A program made the translations under genes and the position numbers. DNA of 61,943 nt, the filler included, from Rhabdomonas costata (Eukaryota), in assembly GCA_019059605.1 (NCBI GenBank). It is 25 parts of 25 records of this genome, joined end to end, with 100 filler letters (N's around TTAATTAATTAA, not from the genome) between each part and the next. Parts side by side here need not be neighbours in the genome. Positions count along the whole stretch, not along the records: positions 52,124 to 54,503 come from JAHMHO010003706.1; positions 54,604 to 56,984 come from JAHMHO010003707.1; positions 57,085 to 59,464 come from JAHMHO010003708.1; positions 59,565 to 61,943 come from JAHMHO010003709.1; 21 more parts are not named here. One strand, given 5' to 3'. The notes below the pieces were generated by a model. The model had not been told where the DNA came from. It searched no databases and worked only from the letters and a program-made list of their open reading frames with translations. This document shows, piece by piece, positions 53,201 to 61,943 of the stretch. Numbering within the stretch: position 1 is the first letter of the stretch; each line of letters starts with the position of its first letter.

Positions 53201-54926
53201 TGCAAATGTTGGCTGAGACTGAGCACTGGAGCATAAAAGACGACTGGCAGAAGTTCCATTCAGTTCATCCCTGCACACTTTTACAATAAAATTGTGGTGA
53301 AAAAGTGATGATCGAAGCACTGGGAACATATCTTCAGCGCAAGATAGTAAATATTACAAGCCATTTAGCTTAAAATACGCCATTGCTTTTAACACCACAT
53401 TGTTGCTGTCTGCGCCCGTTGCGCAGCAGTCGTACATGCCGTTTATGAAGTCTCCAGTGGCGCATTCTTCAAAGCTGATTCAATTCAAAATAGTAAGACA
53501 CACATTTTTGGATTCTACCACAACAACATTTGCCTTTTTGCAATCTCCATACAGCACTTTCTAATGTCTCCAAGTTAACAAAACGTTTGTCCGTATACGT
53601 TTCCGCAACGCTTGCGCGTAAACAGTGTGCATTGCAAAATTTAGTCACAAGGTAACAAAGCGTGACATTAGAGAAAACGTGAAGAGCGTAGGATTGGAGT
53701 GGTAGTTCATCCTCCAAGTCATTTGTTTCTTTAAGCACCATTGCTATACTGTACTAGCTCCATACAACGAGCAAACGGAGCGAAAACGCTTCCACATCAC
53801 GGACAATGTGCGTAGCAGAAGACAAAACGAAACGAGCGCCTATCGCGCCGTCTATCGCTAGACTTGAGAGAGCCGTTCTTCTCCTCACTATTCTCATGAA
53901 ACATGCTGCAGCAAATCTTGTTTTTACTGCGGATCTGAAGATTATTTGGCGGAAGAGAGTACACGATGAACCTCAGCTAAGAGATAAATGACATGAAGTA
54001 AATACTGGAGAATGCTATCGCGCTTTTGGCGTAGTCTTCTTTCGTGCGGTTGGAGTTCCTTGGGTAGATGGAAGTTATCTTTGTTATTGTAAACATTAAA
54101 AAGTGGAAATGGCGGAGCGTCGAAGCCGTCACTTTCAGATCCTTCAACATTCAGAGTTCCAGTTGCGTGCTGTAGAACTCTCAGTTAACTATAGTTGCAC
54201 TATAACTGCTAGTTAAGCGTGGTTATGAGGATGAGATCTCAGCGACGCCCACTTTTTATCGCCACACAGCTTTATCATATCAGTTTCAAAGAGTTGCTTG
54301 CTGAGTTTCATTTTGCTTCTCAAGTGACTGATATATTGTCAATCACACACTCCGTTACATCCTTTAGAGAACCGTAATTTTGCAGTACTGCTTGACCATT
54401 TTGCTCTATCCAGAAACCGTTATATATTACCGCGCGATGCAAACCACAAGTTGCAACGTTGCACCAGAGAAAATGTATTCCAAGGTGTCCTCACCAACCC
54501 ACANNNNNNNNNNNNNNNNNNNNNNNNNNNNNNNNNNNNNNNNNNNNTTAATTAATTAANNNNNNNNNNNNNNNNNNNNNNNNNNNNNNNNNNNNNNNNN
54601 NNNTGTTTTGTGGGTGGGTGGGGGCGCAGAGGGAGGCTCATGTGCACTTCCTCCGTCAAGCCATTCGCATTGTGGGTGTCATGCCACACCTCCAAACCTC
54701 AAGTTGTGTGGGAAAGAAGTGGAACAGCCGTCAAAGCGCTTTTATGCGGCTTTATACTCATTGCACAAGAACCGCAGGGGCTTCGATAAATGCCTGGTCT
54801 CTTTATGGACCTTTGGAAGGGGTATTTCATTCTGGAGCAGGAGTGGTCCGGAATCACCCACCAGAAAACTTAGGAAGACATCAGAAACCAGCCTGCAGTC
54901 CTTCGCTGTTTGCTGTTTGCGCTTAG

Positions 54927-55513
54927 ATGGTGCACCCCGTACTCCTCGCACGCCTTCCACTCCGTGGACGGGTTCTCCCAAGGGGTGCCCTACTACTTGT
55001 TCATCTTCCTGTTCCCCTTCCACAACCTGCTGTGGGTTTGCATGTTCCTGTTCGTCAACTTCTGGACCATCTCCATTCATGATCAGGTTACCTCCCTCCT
55101 CTCCTGGAACAACTTCCTGCTGCTAGCTGCACACTGCCAGGTTTTTTCAGCGAGCATGCAATTATTCTTTTTCCACAGCCTATTTGACTGACCCTTCCTT
55201 CAGAGTTTCAGGGTCCCAATTAATTTGCACAGGATTCACAAGCATACGACGTTGGGTTTTGATTTTCTCCAGCCTGACGTTGCCTATCAATAGTAGTTGG
55301 AGAAAGGTGGTTGGGGGGTTCATCCAGGTTGACTTTGGGATCATGAGCTGGTTCTTCAATACTACGGACCACCACACCATTCATCACACCGACTTCAACT
55401 ATAACTACGGGCAGTACCTCACATTCTGGGACCGCCTGGGAGGCACGTACAGGAAGGGCAGGCAGACCCACACCATCACTGGCCGCCGCGTGGGTGGTGC
55501 TCCAGCGGCCTAA
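54927..55513 (+). CDS. ERG3: Sterol C5-desaturase (lathosterol oxidase, fatty acid hydroxylase superfamily), 3' part; exons 54927-55086, 55328-55513
   Basis: [24 protein letters not shown] and the His box [25 protein letters not shown]; stop TAA at 55511-55513. Confidence 0.9.
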
Positions 55514-56352
55514 AGCAGAGGCCCTCAGTAATTGGCCATCACATCCCATGCGCGAGCAGAGTGCCTCTCTCTCTCTCTCTCGCTCTCTGTCCCTATCTCG
55601 CTCATTCTTTTTGCTAATGTTGCCCGTCAGCCTTTGATATGAAGGGGGCCCCTCCTGTTTTGCCTCAAAGCGGGTTTGACGCAAAGCAATGCAGAGGGGT
55701 GAACCTGTGCGGTCAGTTGCTGAGTGGTAGTGGTCAATATATACGTGCAGGTAACTTTCTGGGAGGTTCCCAGAAAGCTGGTGGGGCATCTCCGAGGATG
55801 TCGGATTTTGGATCCCAAAGGGAGAGGCTTTTAAGAATTAGTTGGAAGATGAAAGAAGGAAAGGGCTGTCTCTCGACATGAATGTTTTGGACGCCTTCAG
55901 CGTCCAATGTGTGCGCTTGTGTGCTGTCCCCTCTTCGAAAAACATCCCGGCCCTTCCTGTGCTATTTTTGCGTGTTTTCGATTTCTGGCAATGTTACCGT
56001 GACTGGCTTGAAATGTCCCCGGTTTGCTTGTGTTGAATTTTTGTCCACGTCTCATCGAACGAAGGTGACTGGCTTGCCTCAATTCGTTTCATGTCTGCCG
56101 AAACATCAATTGCTGTCCTTTCTGACGCTTGCATTGGTCTTCAGCTTTGCCTTGGACTACACGGCTGCCGTTGCGTCACATTTGGAATAGCTGTTTATAG
56201 TGCCTGAAGCACGAAGTGCAGGTGAAGTGAAACCTGTTCGTTTTGTCCGGGGACATCTCAGTGCTTGCTCCATGTGTGTGCTAGTGTTCCTGGGATTTTG
56301 AGACGGGGAATTTTCACAGGGACTTCGGCTTTCGTTGAGGATCTGCCGGTTT

Positions 56353-56422
56353 GTTATGCCGTGTTTTCCCTTCTTCGCAGCTGATGCGTTATGTCGTGTT
56401 TTCCCTTCTTCGCAGCTGATGC
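56353..56422 (+). repeat. 35-bp tandem duplication (1 mismatch) containing a pyrimidine tract plus CAG
   Basis: gttatgYcgtgttttcccttcttcgcagctgatgc occurs at 56353-56387 and 56388-56422. Confidence 0.95.
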
Positions 56423-56443
56423 TCAATCTCTCTTCTTCACTAC

Positions 56444-56984
56444 ATGGTCATGCTACAGCTGGCTTGGTGTATACTTTGGCCTCGAAAAGCTCCCCTGACG
56501 ATCGCTCTTCGGAGACTGACCCCCTCTATTGCTCCTCGCTCCCTTGCTCAGCTGTCGATTCAGCAGCGGCTGTTTTCATCGGGACATGGCACAAAAGTCA
56601 ACGGCAAGCGCCTTACATGGGATCTTGACCGATTAACAAAGATTCCAACCTCCCAGCGCACGCTTAAGGATCAGCAACGCCTGGGTGGTCTGGTGCAGCT
56701 GTTGATTCGGGGCTCCCAAGTTATGAACATGAAGGATGTGGTTCGTTGCGTGCGCACACTTTCCAGATCCCCTGAATTCTTGACGGACCAGACTTTGTGG
56801 CGTTCCCTTTCCAGGGCAGCCATTGACAAGATAAACAGTCAGTTGAACAAGAGGAATCCGGGGTTTTCCACACAGATTTTGGCAACCTTCGTGAACGGCT
56901 TCTCCAAGGTTACGATGCTTTACTCGGACAGAAGTCTTTGGGAATTGCTGGCTGAGGTGGCTGTCTTTTTGGGTCCCACACAAA
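56444..56984 (+). CDS. Probable mitochondrial helical-repeat RNA-binding protein (OPR/HPR/RAP-FASTK-like), 3'-truncated
   Basis: N-terminus rich in Arg/Ser/Leu, lacking acidic residues and ending QRLFSS (presequence-like). Repeats include DQTLWRSLS and FSTQILATFVNGFSKV....DRSLWELLA. Confidence 0.6.
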
Positions 56985-57359
56985 NNNNNNNNNNNNNNNN
57001 NNNNNNNNNNNNNNNNNNNNNNNNNNNNTTAATTAATTAANNNNNNNNNNNNNNNNNNNNNNNNNNNNNNNNNNNNNNNNNNNNGGTTTTTGGTTGGGTG
57101 CATACGGGATGTACACGACAGCAACAGTGGCGCAAAAGGGACAAAAGGGACTTAGGGACTTTGTGATATATGTTTGTATGTGTACCCTCTTCCCCGCACC
57201 ACCTCTTATCACCTCCGATAGCAGAAAAAATGACATACTTGCTGTCCTGGCGCCATGCCGCCAGTCAAACTCTCGTGCCATAATGTTTGCTCAACCGCCC
57301 TGCCCCAATTCCGCCGAGTTCCTTTCATGTGCTGCTTGCTACTGGGGTTGTGTACACAC

Positions 57360-57902
57360 TTTGGACAGTATCAGAGCTCGATGTGCGGGGACGAGGTAGC
57401 CCCACGAGGGATGGGCCTTGAAGATAAACACGACAAACTGCAGGAGCTCCCCGAAATTCTCCAGTGGAGACAGCTCTGGCAAAGGAGGAAGGCAGCATGC
57501 GCATCCCCCACCAGCACGGCGGCGAGGCGACGTCAGGTCTTCACAAAGAAAACTTTGATCTTACCGCACCTCACCGATCTTAAAAAAGCAGACAAGCGCT
57601 CAGACGGGACAAAAAATTGCCCACAGAAAGGGACACGATCTCAACGACCTCGGTGAAGCCCCCCCCTCACGGTGCCTAGGGTTAGCTCCACTGTAATAAG
57701 TACGTCCACGCCCACAGCGTCTCGAAAAACCTACGTGACAGATGTGGCAAGAGTGTCCATGCCCACCCTCTCAGTTGCAGGCAAACCTAGAATGAGGTCG
57801 AGAAGGGTCAGCAGCGTTGAGTACTGCTTAGCGGAAATCTCAGCAGCCAACCAGGTCAGTGAAGACGCCGAGGGGGCTCCGCCAGAGAACACACCAAGCG
57901 TC
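57360..57902 (-). CDS. Probable exons of an unknown helical protein (57902-57787, 57475-57360)
   Basis: Reads ...WLAAEISAKQYSTLLTLLDLIL|ELSPLENFGELLQFVVFIFKAHPSWGYLVPAHRALILSK across a phase-1 GT-AG junction. No family recognised. Confidence 0.4.
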
Positions 57903-60269
57903 CTGATATTGGGGGTGGAAAAGCAGAGAGAAACCCACACTCAAGCTTCACCATGGCCGTTTGCCGAAGGATTTGCTTACAGACAATCCTTGAAATCACT
58001 GACAAGAATGCAAGAATAGTTCCCATGGAAACAGTGAAGGGAGAGGAACGGAACGAAATAGCGCCCACTGAGAAGGGGTGAGCAGAGAGAGGATAGGTAC
58101 AAGTCGAGGTTTTGCAGACGAGCAAGACCAAAGTTGTTTTGCTTTGGATAAGTCAGAAGAAGTGGTTCGGCGTCGGGGAAAACCTTGATGGGAGTGGCTG
58201 CCTGTCAATGTTTCTGGGCACTTCGTGGTTACTTCCCGTGCTACTCATCCAGCGCACAACTCTCTAACCACCCTAGCCAGCCTAACTCTCAACTCTGCAA
58301 GAACAGCACAACCTTCCGCACACTCCTCGGGCGTGAGCCGACACCCGGTCCAGCACCGTCCCAGATATGATCTCGGGTACTTGCAGACAGCTGCGTAGGC
58401 ATTGCCATCCTCGATGGAGAACATGAAGCTGCATGTGCGCAAGGAGGCATGCCAGCCAGGCGAACGCAATAGGATTAAGGGAAACTGCAAAAACTCCAGA
58501 AATGTGCTTAACCATGAACAAGTGTCCTGCGACTGGCCAACACACCCATCTGCCACCGTGGCCACCGTGAGTGGTTCCACAAGATTTCTTTTGCGGAAAA
58601 CAACGAAGGCACTGAAGACTACACCAGAGAAACTGAGGGAAGGAAAAGGAAACGTCAGCCTGGACAAAGGAGTCCGGATGCACTTTCTTCTGACACGATG
58701 CAAAAGCCAACCTGGAAACCCACTTCAGTAACACTGCGGCGAGATACCTCCGGAGCGCTGCCCGTGCCGGAGACCGTGAAGTCTTTGCAGAGAACGTGCT
58801 CACAAAGAGCAATCACAGCAACTGGAAGCCTTCAAGCGACAGAAGCAAAAACTAAACTAGTGCAGAATACGCGTGTCTACAAACGCGGTCGAGCACACAA
58901 AAGAAGAATTTCTCAGTCATTTCATCGAGTCAAAATCGCCCTTCACAAGGCAAGGGACTGACGTATTCCGTTGGTTCCATCAGTACTCTTTTTATCCGAC
59001 ATTTCCAGCGTGCCCACGTACCCAAACCCTATTACGCGGCTGCACTCAACAAACCGTTTTTTAACGATACGCACCTTTCGTTCTTTCGTTGAAGAAAGGT
59101 AGGGCAGGCAAGGTTAAAGACTTACACTCAATGGGCTGACAAACAAACGAGAAATTGCTCGAGGTGAGGTTGAGCTCGGGCCGGGCCCCATAAGAACGAG
59201 GTGGAAGACGAAGACCAGACAGCATTGGGGAAGCACAGAGGAAAGCAACAAACACAGAGGGAGTCGGGTGCAGGATGGGGTTGCGTACTCCGGGCACCGA
59301 GCACGCTGACACTCCCCAGAGATGACTCGAGGGTCCCATCCTGCAGCAAGCGGCTGACCCTGTGCACCCGCCAACACCAAGAGACCAGCATATCCGTGAT
59401 GCACAAACACACACACACACACACGCAATATGACAGAATAGAAATACTGTAAATACAACCCCACNNNNNNNNNNNNNNNNNNNNNNNNNNNNNNNNNNNN
59501 NNNNNNNNTTAATTAATTAANNNNNNNNNNNNNNNNNNNNNNNNNNNNNNNNNNNNNNNNNNNNTGTGGTGGGGTAGAATCCACACACTATCAAAGCAGG
59601 ACTTATCGTAGGTGAGATTTTCAGCAGGACGGGTTTCCGACAGGACCCGGTTGAATGCGCCTATGAATACGTATGGTACGGTATGTTCTGAATGCGATTG
59701 AATGGTTATGTATACCCGTGGTTTTTCTGGAGTTGACCTACCTCAAGTCCGCCATTCGTGCTGTGTCATCCTTCTCTCCCAAGCTGGGTCCATCACGGAG
59801 CCTCTCAAACGACTTCGTCACCGTTCTCGCCACTCAACCAGTGACAGGAGTTTCATATTCACAGTTGGCCCCACCCCAACCAGGACTTCCCCTGTGAAAC
59901 TTGGGGCCAGCAGGTGCCTGGGTGGGGACACAAGTTGCCTGACTGCGTTTCGAGCAGTCGAAACTCAGAGAGATGATGGCTAAGAAGGTCACATACCTCA
60001 ACTCAGGCACGCACGCACACGCATACACATGTACAACGTGAAGCGCAGCTGCATAGATGCATCCACTGAAAACAACTACTACCTCTACTACTAACTCCCT
60101 CTCCAGCAGACACGACTGCAGCTGTGAGTACCAAAACAGGCCACAACGGTAGCTCTCTTCGGAGCACCCTTCATGTCTTTGCCATCAGGTCTGGTCCTCA
60201 CTCCACTGAAAACGCCTTGGGGAAGCCATGAGAAAGAAGCGGCGAAGCGCAAACAGGGGCGGGGGGAAC

Positions 60270-61572
60270 CGATGCTGAGCCGCTTCCTCTGCTCAATGGT
60301 GAGGTCCTTCACGCGCTCGTCCTCAATGGGGCGCAGCTCCAGCACCTCCAGCAGGGTGGCCAGCATGGCCTCCCTCTGCTCCTTCGGAGTGTCCTCGGGA
60401 AGCCGAAGCTTCCCGCTGAACCGCAGCGCCTCCGTCACGGTACACTATTGACATCCACACACACACATCCAATCACGCACGCACGCACCCACCCACACAC
60501 ACACATGTCGACGAGGAATGCCAACACATGTCCAGCGACAGCGATCCTCAACATCACACACATCGACGAGCAGCCATTCTGCATGAGTGTTTGTTGCGAC
60601 ACAAACGCCAGTCGGCAGCCGGTCGAGAAGGTATCACACCACCTCAAACTTATCGGCCTATTCTAACAACTTCTGAACCTTCTGAACCTCTCTGAAACGT
60701 GTCTGAGCACGCCATTGTGGTAAACGTTATACCGAGACAGCTGTTTGCATCGTCTGCGCCCATAGTGAATGTTTCATTCGATCACTCCGTTCCACTCAAG
60801 ATTCGAATCATGGAATCGGCGTCCGCAATACGCCCCTTTGAATGAAGTCGAGAAGGATATCAGTGGGTTGAACTCCAAAGCTGTGAGTTCTACTGTCCCA
60901 CAAAGTACTTGGGAATTGGGGGAGGGGGGCGACGTCTCAGCAGGAAAGCAGGTTTGAATGCAATGCAAACCGCAGGCACAAGCACACCTTGGGGCTGTGG
61001 TAATCCATCTGAGATGTAAAAGAGAAAGCGAGCTGACAGGCAGCTGAGGCGCTTCAAAAGAACAAGAACCATCGATTATTCCAAGAGAGTAGGTGCTTTT
61101 GAACTTTGAAAGGTTTGGCCACACAAAACGAATGACGAGGGCAGCGCGCAACAGAGAGAAATCGACGTGGTCGAAAGGATTTCGGGCAAATATGGAAGGA
61201 GAAAAAATGCAACAGGAAAGGTGGGGGGGGGGGAGACGTGGCAAGTCAGGGAATATTCAGAGTATCAGAAACTCGACATCGACCTCAGAATCACGCGAAT
61301 CCATGACTTCGACGCAATGAGCCGGTGTTGAAGTGTTGAAGTATATCACAAGCGCGGCCTAAAGGGCAACTATGGGGCCTCAAGTGCCTACTTTATGCCG
61401 TGCAAAGATTGCCCCCTACCTAGCGCCAGTAAAAGCACGGGCAAGACGATATAGAATGTCCTCACTTCGCAGACCTGCTCCACAAACCCGCTGTGCCGAG
61501 CAAACTCCACGTCATCCTTGGGGAGGCCGTTGACAAGGATCTCCCCGGTCACCGTGCCACCAGACTTGCGAC
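60270..61572 (-). CDS. ABCG/PDR-type ABC transporter, second nucleotide-binding domain, partial; exons 61572-61475, 61008-60988, 60444-60270
   Basis: Reads GRKSGGTVTGEILVNG...FARHSGFVEQ|MDYHSPK|CTVTEALRFSGKLRLP...LTIEQRKRLSIG, including the PDR NBD2 signature. Confidence 0.93.
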
Positions 61573-61943
61573 CTGCCGCAGGGCATCCCAGGCATCGTAC
61601 CAACCCAACGCAATCGAAAATCTCAACGGAAAAGGGGGACGGCAACGGGAATGTCTGAAGGCGAAAAGCAACCTGATACCCATGGCAAACGAGACGAGCA
61701 AGTCAACCGAAGCGAGTGAGGTAGCTGAGGTTGCTGTGCCGTAAAAAGATTCAACTTTTCGAAAACACTCAGTCAGCAGTTGATTTTCGAGAACAATTTA
61801 CCTAGAGTCAAAGAGAGATTAAAACAAGAAAGCACTGAATGAGAACGAGAGGGGAGAAGATGGTTTTTCGATTGATTCTTTTTTTCTGCGATCGGGAAGA
61901 ATGGGGGGGGGGGGAAAGGAAATGCCATTTCGAGCAAAGGTCT

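Overview
This is not one continuous locus. It is 25 unrelated contigs of about 2.38 kb, joined by 24 artificial 100-nt spacers (44 N + TTAATTAATTAA + 44 N), so gene neighbourhood across spacers carries no meaning. Most contigs begin with a G/T-only tract and end with an A/C-only tract, and two end in fold-back hairpins, which points to a whole-genome-amplified (probably single-cell) assembly. The organism is an unidentified intron-rich eukaryote, probably a protist. Exon chains assembled by hand give fragments of: a metallophosphoesterase, BUD32/TP53RK, an ADCY10-like cyclase, a separate ADCY10-like P-loop NTPase, a coiled-coil protein, a PqiA-like membrane protein, a bacterial-type 'DDAEE' beta-sandwich domain, OMP decarboxylase, an intronless TRANK1-like helicase, gamma-glutamyl hydrolase, a PC-esterase/TBL-like protein, a CLC channel, sterol C5-desaturase, a mitochondrial helical-repeat protein and a PDR-type ABCG transporter. 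The most notable observations are (1) a decayed retroelement with a Ty3/gypsy-type RNase H motif upstream of a Dam-like (DLFAS) adenine-methyltransferase fragment, (2) an unusual splice code with several probable GC-AG introns and a GTNY-biased donor, and (3) several bacterial-type domains in intron-containing genes. All family assignments rest on motif recognition; no database search was run.
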